Of a stretch of DNA of 64,000 nt, positions 25,201 through 36,656 are shown one piece after another (within the stretch, counting starts at the first letter, position 1; the number at the start of each line of letters is the position of its first letter). The position numbers were made by a program, and so were the translations under genes. The stretch comes from Psilocybe cubensis. Its lineage: Eukaryota. The notes beneath the pieces were generated by a model. It was not told the origin of the DNA. It made no database searches and saw nothing but the letters and a program-made list of their open reading frames with translations. The stretch spans positions 310,001 through 374,000 of the forward strand of contig CM039006.1 in the NCBI GenBank assembly GCA_017499595.2, in the 5' to 3' direction.

Positions 25201-28184
25201 CTGGATAAAATTTCACGAACGGTTCAAAAAGTAAGTTTTTAATACCTTCTTGACACTCGTAATTTGAAGAGAGGTCTGACCTTTCTAGCAACTCGGGCGC
25301 GTCAATAAAGCTCCTGCATTAAACATCGAACTTCATGTGGTGTCCAACCGCGATCGCGTCGCCCATCAGCTTTTTGACTTGTGGTTTGAACAGTAAGCTT
25401 TGTCTCTTTGATGCGTGATACCCTAACAAGCCTTCCCTTCCAACAGTGTCCCTACCGAAGAGTATGAGCGGCGCTTCCAGCGCGATCCAGCTCCTTACCG
25501 ACAAAATGATCTCAAAGACGTTGACTGGAGCTCGGAGGAAGTATCGAACATGAAAGATGTATTTTTTCGCAACATACCTGGTATCCCACTAGCTTCAAAC
25601 AGGCTGAAACACAATAAGGAGAGCATGGAGGAACAACTTTCACGGCGCATGATGCCAGAAATTGACAAGATTATGGAGTTTGCGATAAATCACCATGCGG
25701 AAGACGAGATATTCCTTGTGTTCGGATCGGTCATTGCACGTCAGCCCATTCCCCTTGACTTCATCGAACAGTGGATGGGCAGATACCCGACCTTGGCATT
25801 TACACTCCTGCAAATCTACCCTCCGAACGACAACGGTGAACTCCTCCCAGAGCTTGAGGAAATATCGTACCTCATTGTACGGAATGTTATCAGGTCCGCA
25901 AATGAGACAAAAATAGCTGCTCTGGTTGCGCTAGAGAAACTTGCAAAATCTATAGGCTCCATGCCCCTTCGCCATTACATGGACTTACTTATGCTCGCTG
26001 CGTTATCCGTTCGTGGAAAAACCCTGGTTCAAGAAGTATTTTTCCTTCTGAACGACGGGCGAAAAGCACATTGCCCCCCATCACCTAGAGATGAATACGG
26101 ACAGAAACATGCCCTGGGTGTGGCTTTTGATAGAGCAGATGAAGCAGCGGAGGAGTGTCCATGCAACGAGGATGGTCGGCCGCAAAGAAAGATGCGCGTA
26201 CCCCCCTCACACGCCAAGTTAAAATTCGATCCAGATTATGCCAACAAGGGAGAGGTCACGGCTACAATCAGAATTGACGCCAAAACTGCTGTCCGCCTTC
26301 ACTCCCATGTTCGACTGCAAGCCGCCTCTCGAGCAGAGAATCGTTGGATTGATGCACCAATTATGGATGGTGTTGTCGTGCAAGCCATAAAAGGCGAATT
26401 AAAGATAAAGTTATTTCATCCTGCGCCTCCTGAAATGGAAGTTATGGATTGGAATTTATATGATGCAGGGACTACAGGTACGCCTACACTAACAAGTCAA
26501 TTGCGATCGCAACAGGTTAACCTGGGATAATTAGCCACTAGCAATGCGATGATGGATGCTATTCAGCGCCTCCTTCACGATGACGAATGTTGTCTGTTCT
26601 ACGGTCTCATTATTGGTTCTGGTTCTATTGTTAGTGATGCTGCCGAGTTCAGAGACTTCGATGAATCCCAGCTCAGTCCAACATCAGGGCTGAATGAAAG
26701 TCAGATAAGAGCCATCGAATCATGGAGAAATCCCCTGTCACTGATCTGGGGACCACCCGGTGAGTAGACAGATAACTGCTTGCTCCATTCTGTCAAGTTT
26801 GAACTCGATTGACTCAGGAACCGGAAAGACCACCGTCATGGTACAAATACTCTGTGACATTATCAAGAGCTACGAAGAAACACCAAAAATTCTAATGACG
26901 GCATCAACTCACAATGGTAATGAGGTTCAAAATATCGCAGACAATCGACACTGATCGCTCTATTGTAATAGCTGTGGACAATGTTTTAGAACGATTTATT
27001 GCCATAAATGATTCGGAACATCTACTGAATGAAGAGCAGATCCTCCGAGTTGCGACCGACCAATCTAAAGTGAATCCTTCGCTTCATCATTATACAGTTA
27101 ATGATCGTGTTGGAGGAGATATGAATGAAAATAGCAAACTGTTCAAACAAGCTCAAAATCGAGTCGAAAACGCAGTTCTTATTTTTTCAACCTGTGCAGG
27201 CACGTAATAATTTCTGGATTCATCTAACATGTTTGTTGACATTGATATTTAGGCGCCGGCCTTGGAATTCTCCGAAAGCCAGACTTTGATATTGCATTGA
27301 TTGACGAGGCATCACAGATAACCGAGCCGTGTGCTCTCATACCCCTTGTAAAAGGAACAAAACGTGCTGTTATTGTAGGAGATCAGTGCGTCACCAAGAT
27401 GTACGGCTGTAATTGGTACTGAACTCTTGCAAAACATAGCGTACAGCTCCGCCCAACTGTCAAGGGCATGGGGAAGCCGCTGCAATACGACATTTCGCTT
27501 TTGGAACGGTTGTATACAAACAAGGAAGACACGCCCGATGGGCTTTCAAAGACGATGTTAGACGTCCAATATCGTTCACCAAGAATTCTGAATATATTCC
27601 CATCCAACGAATTCTACGAAGGCCAGCTAAAAACCCACGAATCAAACGCCGAGGTCTCAACTTTCATGTCCTTGTCTCAATTCCCATGGCCAACTGAAAA
27701 CGGTACGATCATTCCGACCGTGTTTATTCAATGCTCAGAGCAAGAAGACGAGGATGGTGGTCGTTCTAAGAGCAACAAGGGCCAAATAGAAGTTATCAGT
27801 CGTGTCCATCCTCTCATCACCTCTCAGCGACCAGACACCCCCATTGAACCGAAATTGGCGGAGCTAAAAATTGCGGTACTCTCGCCATACACGAAGCAAA
27901 TAGATGCTCTGAAGAGAAAGCTCCCTTCATCCATTAGATGTTCAACTATTGACTCTTTCCAAGGACGCGAAAGCGACATTGTCATCTTCTCCACTGTCAG
28001 ATGCAATGTGAGCGGAGAAGTTGGTTTTTTGGATGATCCCCGAAGGTTGAACGTCATGTGGACTCGTGCTCGCCTGGCTTTGATTATAGTTGGAGACAGG
28101 GGCACGATGAGTACCAACCAGCAATGGAAGCGAGCTTTGGATGCCTGCACCGAAGTAGTTTTGCCTACTGTCTCAAATGCGTAG
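22225..28184 (+). CDS. RNA-dependent RNA polymerase (cellular RNAi type) fused to a Upf1/Sen1-like SF1 helicase; 16 exons, about 1,705 aa
   Basis: RdRP motifs YRFYGHSNSQLR, AKRIGLMFS, FSDGCGLIS, FQIRYLGYKGVL, RLYGVCD, VRNPCLHPGD, catalytic SGGDLDGDEFFVCWD. Helicase motifs LNESQ, WGPPGTGKTT, STHNAVDN, LIDEASQ, VGDHVQLRP, SLLERL, LDVQYRS, SPYTKQ, TIDSFQGRESD, RRLNVMWTRAR. Fifteen introns traced by hand (22582-22629, 22733-22788, 23003-23057, 23672-23731, 23864-23923, 23980-24038 GC-AG, 24125-24179, 24850-24909, 25231-25288, 25393-25446, 26478-26534, 26760-26817, 26917-26971, 27200-27252 GC-AG, 27386-27439) give one uninterrupted 5,118-nt frame. Confidence 0.88.
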
Positions 28185-28248
28185 TTTCGAATGATATGAA
28201 TAATGGATTATCCTACATACTTGGCACAGTCTTTGCCTTCTGATTTAG

Positions 28249-28521
28249 CACTTTGGAGTCCCGAAATTGCGGATAAACATCCAGACTGCGGATAACTTCA
28301 ACGTCGTACTTGTTGTACTCAAGATTGACCAAGTCACCAATTTTGCAAACTTTTCCATCAGCCTGACAGACGGTGAACAAATTGTCATCATGGATGCGAA
28401 TTCAAACTTTCTTATCCCATGGCAATTTCTGCAGGACACCACAGATAGGGTCACTATCAATAGAAGCCCAAATACGATAAAGAGCAATGAGGTGTTATTT
28501 TTCCAGTACTCAACGGACTGA
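28249..28521 (+). pseudogene. 5'-truncated remnant of the secreted G1-like gene family (C-terminal ~85 aa only)
   Basis: RINIQTADNFNVVLVVLKI...EQIVIMDANSNFLIPWQFLQDTTDRVTINRSPNTIKSNEVLFFQY aligns with the C-terminus of the 33456-34418 protein (QLNIQTVENFNVAIVALEI...EQIFILDANSNSIFPIPWQFSEDTADGITINRIPNTISGDETLFFQY). There is no room for the 5' two-thirds because the helicase stop lies about 65 bp upstream. Confidence 0.85.
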
Positions 28522-29459
28522 AATACGACCGAGAGCTGACAGGGGTGAAGAAGTGGTTTAAATGAAGATCTTTCATCTCTTCAACCGAAATGTCATTGAA
28601 GTTTGGCATTTCGGTTCCGGGCTTTGGGCTAAAATCAAAATATAAGACTGATTTCCAACTAAATCGGGTAGGTAGTTATGCAACATTACCTGACTAGAAA
28701 CCTTGCAGCATGTTTTCCAGTTTAACTGGAAGAATGTTTTCTATTTTGTCTTCCAGTTAACATACAAGCATTTTTTACAGTTTGATTTCCACTCAAACTG
28801 GAGTACATTCTGACACCTTGATCTGGTACTTAATGTATAAGACAGCTTCAAGGTCCATCTTATATTCAAAATGTAAGAGAAATTTCTACGTTGAGTTTAC
28901 TTGGACTATCTGTGCAAGATACGGAGTCCGTAGAAGTTAGTCTTGTATTCGGAAAATCCCGGGGTGATACATCAATGCCATCAAAACGAAGCTTAGGACG
29001 GCATATCGGCTCACAGACATCGACACATGTCGGAGTCCAAAATATTCCTGATGATCATTGATCAACATACATATATACTAATATAGTAATAAGTATTAGT
29101 AAGCGGTCATGAAAACGGACTCAGAGTCAAAGTCTTCGCACGTTCCGGGACTGCAGCTTTGGCTTCATTAATAATTGCAATCTACATTCGGTGTCATATA
29201 GCGTCAAATCCACGTTGCGCAGCTAGATGAGTCAATATTTGTAGGCGTTGGAAGGTACAAAGAGGTACAGAGATCCGAGGTTACCTTTTTCTTGGGGATT
29301 GGATTTCACGGGAAAAAGATATCAGGTGCTTTTGATTCTTGGCAGGACACCACCATCGTTACAACTTTGCAGCAGCACAAATATTGGTTTCACGAATTTC
29401 TCAACTCTACCCAGCTCTACCCACATCTTTCTTCTGTAATTTTACCCCCTGTCGCCACG

Positions 29460-31034
29460 ATGGCGACTCCATTCTCGTGGTCGGATACCCTAAAAATCAC
29501 CATCGGTACATGTTTGCCATGTATCAAGCCCAAGGTTGGGGCGGGAGACTCTGGGGACGACGAACCTAATAACCAGAACAACAATGGCACCATAAGCCGG
29601 ATACCCCGTGCCCGCCCCGACGAGCTACAAGGCCTGCTCGCAGACCCCGAAACAGACCCTGAAGCGGAGACGATGTCGCTGCACTCGAACCCTGGACGAA
29701 GCAAGCGGAAGAAGAAACGCTCGTCCAAAAACAACCATTCACGTACATCGCTCAAGTTGTTTGGGTACAATTTGTTCGGTTCGCAGCCTATCCAGCTCCC
29801 TGACGACGGCGAAGATGCATTGTATCAGGATGACTGGCGGAGAAGGAGGAGAGAGCGGAACGAGAGTTTGTCTGCTCCCAGCATTGCCACCGCCCACTCT
29901 ACGGCGAGTACATTCGACTTGGATGCAGCACCGTTGGACGCAGAGACCATCAACGCCCTTTCTTCTCCATCAGCAGTAGAGGCCGCTGCTCAGGCAGCAG
30001 CGGAAGCTGAAGCCCAGCGCTTGCGGGAGAAGGAGGAACGCCGACGAAAGCGACGGGAGAAGAAAGAGTTGAGGAGGCTTGCTGAGGCTTTGACTGCACA
30101 GAATGTTGATGGAGATGATTTCGAAGGATTTCAAGGAAGCGGCAGCGGGGTGCCATCTCTGCCCAAGGCATCCCCTGGGCATCCACGCATCCCTAATGCA
30201 ATGTACCCAGGCGGACCAACCTCAGACTCCGGATCTGGGTCTGGTTTCTCAGGCTCAGTGACAGACGGATTTGGTAGATTTATATCGGCTCCAAATGGTG
30301 CCCCTCTGCACCTTCCACATAACGATGAGGACGAGGAGGCAGCGGACCTGGACGGAGGCGTGTACTCGCGCAACCAAGCGCGAGACGCGGTGGCTTTGGG
30401 TTCGGATTCACGGAGCAGGACGTCTGCATCCGCAAGTGATAGACCACATGCTCACCAGTATCCCGGTGACCAACCGCCTCGCAACAACGTGCTCGCCAAT
30501 CTTCGCTCCCGCTCCCGATCCCATTCTCACTCACATGCCTCGTCGTCCCGCGTGAGCTCGCCTCTGCAAGCCCACTTTGAACAAGCTCCAGAGACCGAGG
30601 CTACATCCTCGCCGTCTGGCTCCACCGTTGCCATTAAGAAGCGCAGAAAGAACAGGACATCTACAACTGCATCGTCCCGCACACCACAGTCAAGGTCGTC
30701 TGCCACGACATCTCAGTCACACTCGCCCTCCATTTCGTCACCCATCTCACCCAACTTTACAAAAGAAATTGTGAGCCCGAGTACGATTGAACAAGGTCAA
30801 GGCTTTTTTGATCTCGAAGACGAAGATGTGTCTCCTCAACCTCAACCACCACCAGAGGTGGATGTTGATAAACCTGGATCTGGTTTCCCTAGTACACGTA
30901 TAGGTGGGGGAGGAGGGTTCCCAATGACCGGTTTTGGCTCCGCAACCGCTGGCCAGAGACGCACAGCGAAGGATTTTGGCGCATTCTTGGCTAGACGAGG
31001 TGAAGATGACGCCGACGCCGACGTGGGACTATAA
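29460..31034 (+). CDS. Intronless hypothetical protein, low-complexity Ser/Arg-rich with a charged coiled-coil
   Basis: Long ORF; ATG at 29460 in good context (gccacgATGg). MATPFSWSDTLKITIGTCLPC start, basic clusters (KRKKKR, RRRKRREKKE), DFEGFQGSG. Confidence 0.75.
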   Translation: MATPFSWSDTLKITIGTCLPCIKPKVGAGDSGDDEPNNQNNNGTISRIPRARPDELQGLLADPETDPEAETMSLHSNPGRSKRKKKRSSKNNHSRTSLKLFGYNLFGSQPIQLPDDGEDALYQDDWRRRRRERNESLSAPSIATAHSTASTFDLDAAPLDAETINALSSPSAVEAAAQAAAEAEAQRLREKEERRRKRREKKELRRLAEALTAQNVDGDDFEGFQGSGSGVPSLPKASPGHPRIPNAMYPGGPTSDSGSGSGFSGSVTDGFGRFISAPNGAPLHLPHNDEDEEAADLDGGVYSRNQARDAVALGSDSRSRTSASASDRPHAHQYPGDQPPRNNVLANLRSRSRSHSHSHASSSRVSSPLQAHFEQAPETEATSSPSGSTVAIKKRRKNRTSTTASSRTPQSRSSATTSQSHSPSISSPISPNFTKEIVSPSTIEQGQGFFDLEDEDVSPQPQPPPEVDVDKPGSGFPSTRIGGGGGFPMTGFGSATAGQRRTAKDFGAFLARRGEDDADADVGL

Positions 31035-33455
31035 AAATGAACCGGGGACGATACCCTCATTCATACTTCTGGGATTTATATTTGGTTGAATATGACGATT
31101 TAATGTTGGTCACGCTGAAGGGCAGTTTGACTTTGGCCTCGTCTGTGGGCCTTGTTCTTATGCTGTGTCGTGCACTTCTACTCCCGCCTTTTCCCGCTGG
31201 ATTCTTTGCTTCTCTTACCACCATGGTTCTCTGTTTGCATTGTGCTGCGGCGTTATACCTAATTCGGATTTCGACACTCTTTCGACACATCGCCCTGATA
31301 AAAAAATTTCATATTCTCGTCCATTTTATCATCATTTCGTCCGAGTCACCAACCCCTCCTTCACGTCCACCTTTAGGCAATACCCCTCTTTCTCAACTAC
31401 CTTTTATTCTTACCGTGTTCAATACCGCATTTTTTATCCACCTCAAGATATCTCTACATATCGGGCCTATTTTCCCTTCGTTTCACTATGCCTGTTTCCG
31501 TCGCTTTTCTCTGTTTCTTTCTTTCGTCTTTTTTCTCCTCATCTGTGGATCATAATGACTAGCTTTAGCAGGAACGAACCTTACGATTATAATGATAATG
31601 CACCAGAGCTTACGCGATATCAATCACTTTGTCTTTTCATGAGAGCATTAATCTCACACTTCAGGCCAAAACATTGCGTGTACTTTGCACTGATGGTTAT
31701 CCCCTCCTAAATTTTCTAGCATTGGTAAGTTCACGATTCCGAAAGTGAGTTGACAGAGCCATATGTCTTGGGAGGTTTATTTTTGGATTGCTTCACAATT
31801 AATAATCTGCAAAACTGTTTTTATTTTTAGGTCATGTCCCACGACCCGCAACCCATGACACCAGCTTGACACCGACACAATGACAGAGAAAATTTCTGTT
31901 TTTCAGTCTACTGATAAATTCCGGAAGGATAGGAGATGTTAAGTCAATGTTGTTAGGTCTTGGCGCTCTATTTTTGAAGCATCGATTCAATGATGAACAT
32001 AATTTTAGCTTGTAGGGCATCATGCAGTATAGCGCGATGGGCGACCCAAGAAACAGTCCAATGAAGAACATTAGACCCACTTCTCTTGTACGCTATGGTT
32101 ATAAATATGACTGGTTCTGCGATATATTTACAGGTTTAACTGTTTTTCTTATGTTATATTTACATACATTGCACAGCCCAAATAATTCCACTTGGAATAT
32201 ATTGTTTCTCGCTAGCTAGGTGCCCATCTACTCATCTCACCTTTACAGTCGGTTAGCTAAATACCCTGGAAATTGAACTTTCTTGGTGGGGAAATGTTTT
32301 CTCATTATTATTCAAACGGATTGGCCACGTACCCGCGGTATTCCGGTCAACATTGACGCTTGTCAAAGTAGAAATATGTCAGAAGAGAACTCCTTATTGA
32401 CAATCTTCTAGAGGAACCATGAGCAAAATACTGGTGTTTATCACAACAAAATCGATCTTAGCTTTCTCGCTCAAACCTCTTTTCTGTCTTGAATATGGGC
32501 AAAATAAATTGGTTGAACGAAGATCCTGCAAACCGAGTGTCAAAATTTTGTGCAATGTATCATCTCATTGCAAATAGCAAGTGCGTACATGTGAATGTTC
32601 AGGCCCAGGCTCAGTACATTTCCGTACGCGGTCCGGGACACATTAGCTTTGTCAATGTTTATTTTTAGAATCATGCGTAGGTCGATCAGTTCCCGCCAGC
32701 ATCCCAAGAGAACACAGAAAAGGCGGTTTATAGCGGCGGAATAGATCGCTGTCAATATATTTGTAAGTGTATTGCTTCGGATCTTCCTTCGGTCGAAAAT
32801 TGTAAACATCCCGTCGCGACTAATTTTGGAAAATGAAACTACTTATCAGTCATGATTGTGAGTATCTCCCCCGGAATAGCTTGGGTTCATGCATCTGGGG
32901 AAATTTTGGATAGCAGATCAGAAAATAAGCATTCAAGTATCTATCAATATGTGAACCTGGTCTAAGTGGAAAAGAATCAGGCTCCTAGGCGGTGTTAGGA
33001 TAGATCAATTATAAAATTAAAGCATGCTCGGTGAAGTAAGTATTCCACCCATGCATGATCAATCTATAATATTATGCACCTTACTCCGACATCCAGCCAG
33101 GAACACAACCATGTGCAAAGCGGACTTCTCTTCCATTTCCATACTTTAAATGTTCTTAATATAACTCTAGTCGACTCTGAACAACGTCGGAAAACGATTT
33201 CCAAAACTTTTCAATTCCCATGGCTAAAGTCACAGGGCGAGTTCGAGATCAACTTCGACAGGCGGCTGTACGTGAAGATCGCGAAAAGCATGGATGATTA
33301 TGCATTTCTTTGGTTTAAAAGACCAGGTTAGAGATGCAAGTTTTTCACCACTCTCCTTGAGCTTGGTTCGCACTCCTGAGGTGAATCTGAATTCCTGGAT
33401 TAAATTATTTACATCACACTTACCTTCTAACCACAGAATATACTCAATTTTGCCA

Positions 33456-34418
33456 ATGTCTTTCAGGCTTGTAGCTTCTTGCATACTCCTTGCTTGTTAT
33501 GCGCTCCGTGGTATTGCAAGCCCCATCACAGTAAGTTCACCTTTGTTAGGACCGTGTTTCTATATCTGAGGACATCCATAGAGTGATGCCGACGAATTGG
33601 TCTTGACCCCCGTGGGCATGGTCCCCAAATCAAACGTTCATATTGTCCCCCAAGGCGGCAAAATACTGCACTCCGCATCTGAAGTCCGCCTTCTCGACGC
33701 TGATGGAAAGGTTCTGCATGCCTCGGCTTTAAAAAAGTCGTCGAAGCCTTTCTTCACCGCCCACAACAAAACAGAACCTGCTGTCGGTCCCCGTAACCTC
33801 CAGTCGGCGACTGTTCTGGCCTTGGCTCAAGTGAGCAGCGTATCGGGATTCCAATCCAGATGGGTTCTCCCCCCGCTTCCTCAAGTAAACAGCGGCCAGC
33901 TCCTCATGTACTTCTCCGGCCTTGCCCCACCTAGCATCGATGCTCTCATTCAACCAACATTGCAATACGGTGTTTCTGCCGCCGGTGGAGGCAACTTCTG
34001 GAGCGTTGCCTCGTGGTTCATTACATCAACCCAGATATTTGTCACCAACGTCACCCAGCTGCCAACAGGAAACCAGATTCTCGACTCATTTGTAGTCAAT
34101 GAAGATCAATTCCTAGGTACTCCGACGACTCATGCTTGGTTCACCGGCTTCTCCTTCTTCCAAGCATCGCAGCTCAATATCCAGACGGTGGAGAATTTCA
34201 ATGTCGCCATTGTAGCGCTCGAAATATCTAATGCTATCACCCTTGGTAACTTGCCGACAGGGCCCACTGACGTTGAGCAAATCTTCATTTTGGACGCTAA
34301 TTCGAACAGCATTTTCCCAATCCCGTGGCAATTCTCGGAGGATACAGCTGATGGTATCACAATTAACAGAATTCCAAATACAATCAGTGGCGACGAGACC
34401 TTGTTCTTCCAGTATTAA
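33456..34418 (+). CDS. Secreted protein, tentatively peptidase G1/ConA-like fold; copy B
   Basis: Exon 1 MSFRLVASCILLACYALRGIASPIT, GTAAGT intron (33531-33581), then ...LIQPTLQYGVSAAGGGNFWSVASWF...VALEI. Same exon structure as the 7603-8566 copy. Confidence 0.82.
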
Positions 34419-34885
34419 CAATCAGAATCGTCAGGAACTCGTGAAGGCGAGGGTATTAATAAATCGGCTAAATAGCAGATAAACACGATATATTGAACAC
34501 TTTCCTACGTTCGGGTAGCCAAATATAGAGCTTTACAGTACCAATTTCCTTCAAGTATCAACGAACTTGCTGAATCTTCTGAGAAAATCGCCTAATTCTC
34601 CGGACAAGGGTAACCTTGAGTTTTAAATGCTAAGTCCCAGATCACGTGGATTAGCTCATTAGGGTAGGTCCATTGATTTGATCCCATTCATCTGTCGGAA
34701 AGGGTTGCCCCTTGGCAGATGTTGTAAAACTTGAAAGGAGTTGACGTCCCGCCTGTCGAGATAAAATAGCACTCTGACAAATTATACTTACATTATACTA
34801 TGCAGATAACACGATGTGCGATGTGAGATCACGATGGCTGGATTTTTAGTAAATTATACGCAGTTGTCATTTTGCGCTAATGTTT

Positions 34886-36390
34886 TTAATCGAGAAAAAC
34901 TCTATAGATACTGTAGATATATGATCTAATAGTGGGAATAATGTAGGCGAGGTATGGTAGTTTATAGAGTTGGCGAAGAATTATTATATGACATGGTAAA
35001 GTTGGAGTTTTATGCACACTCCATCGCTGCACTGATTGAAGTGGTAGTCCTTGCCATCGATCGTATTCATCGTAAGGTTGAATTCTGTGGTTTTCAAATA
35101 TTGGAATTGTGAATTGATCTTTGGTGACCCCGGATAACGCTTCTTCAAAGAAATGAAGGGCGTCTTGTGCAGTGAATCTGCGATCAAGATCCCATGTGGT
35201 CATTCTATCCAGAAGAGGAGCCAGCAGTGGTAGATGCCGTGATAGATGCTTGGAAAATATTAGTGAGCCTTTATAAAATTATAAAATAATAAATATTCAT
35301 CACTGACTTGAAAATCCGAGCACATTAGTGCACCCATTACGCCTACATCATACACAAAAGGATCAATGTCGAATCTGCCGGTGTGCATATCTTTAATTGG
35401 CGAGCGGTTCCCAGCCAATTTACTATAGTGGAGGCGGATCCCTTTTCTTCGTTGTTCGGGAGAGACCATGACAGCGAAGTCAAAATCAATAATTGAGTAC
35501 AGAAGACGATTCATGGAGCGCAGGTCTCTGCGCATTTCATTTTGGGAGATCAATCCGCCAGAGAAATGGTTCACCAGAAAATTTTGATGTGAAATATCCT
35601 ATGATGGTAATGTGAGAGGGTTCCAGAGGAAACATGAGGAGGGGGAGATATTAACACCGTGCGCAATGTTGTGCCCATGTAAATAGGCTAAGCCCTGTTA
35701 ATATCAATCGTATAATATTTAGAGTGCGTCGTAGATGGTCGTAGCGCACCTTCAGTAATGAATGGATCATGATGATAACTTCTTGAATATCCTGCATATA
35801 TGGTACATCAATCGAATAACCCCACCTACCGGAATCCTTCAATTCAACAAAAACAAAGAGGTTTATATCCGAGAAACCAACCGCGGCATTATTGCAAAAT
35901 AGTATCCCTCTATGGGCAAAAGATCCAACACAGGCATTACACAGTTTTCTTTCAGATCCTCTAGCGTTTGGGACTTTAGAAACTCTAAGACACGATATTC
36001 TTCCGTCCCATTGGGAACGATTTTAATAACAACGTGTCGATTTGCACTATCTTGCGCATAAGCGACCTTGCCCTGTCAGCAATACCCATCAGTGAAGAGG
36101 TGATGGAATAGAGTCAGAACTTCGGCGCTCACCCAACGTTCATATACTTCAAGGGGATCTGAGCTTGGTCGGCTTTTACTACTATCAAAGTAACCGTATG
36201 GGTATTCAGCATCGTCACAATGAGACTCCGATGGCAAAGCAGGGCGTAGCACAGCAGACTCTTTGACACGTTTATACAATGTGTAACCGTGGTCTTTAAA
36301 CCATTGGGCAGTATCAGACGAGTCCCAGAACTTGAAGCGCGCCAATATATCCCCTTCTTTTCCTGGCTCAATTTCAAAATTTATCTGCAT
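34886..36390 (-). CDS. Agaricomycete-type protein kinase-like protein (AgaK1-like)
   Basis: Spliced reading: GKVAYAQDSANRHVVIKIV..EEYRVLEFL..CVMPVLDLL..FAIMPRWG..GLAYLHGHNIAHG|DISHQNFLVNHF..YSIIDFDFAV..DPFVYDVGVMG..LAPLLDRMTTWDLDRRFTAQDAL. The 5' end is uncertain. Confidence 0.8.
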
Positions 36391-36656
36391 ACCAATGATC
36401 GCCTTTGAAGTAAGACCAAGATTTAGTAGATTGAGTTATTAGGTATAATTGGCAAGACACGACATTACCTCTACCGGGGGTTTGATTCGCTAAATCGATC
36501 GGTGTGAGAACAAAAGGTAAACAGAGAAGGCAAGTAAAGTCTGGTGTTTAATGCGACGGCTTTCTGTAAGAAGAAAGTCAAGTTTAGGCGCAAAGCTGAG
36601 GCTCCAGGTGCAAGTCCAGGTTACGGTTCCGGCTAAGTCCGGACATCGAGAGCGGA

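Noticed and set aside
31037-31710. Hydrophobic ORFs of 172 and 181 aa as membrane proteins
   Set aside because: They lie in T-rich 3'UTR/intergenic sequence directly after the 29460-31034 gene, overlap in different frames and show no recognisable motifs.
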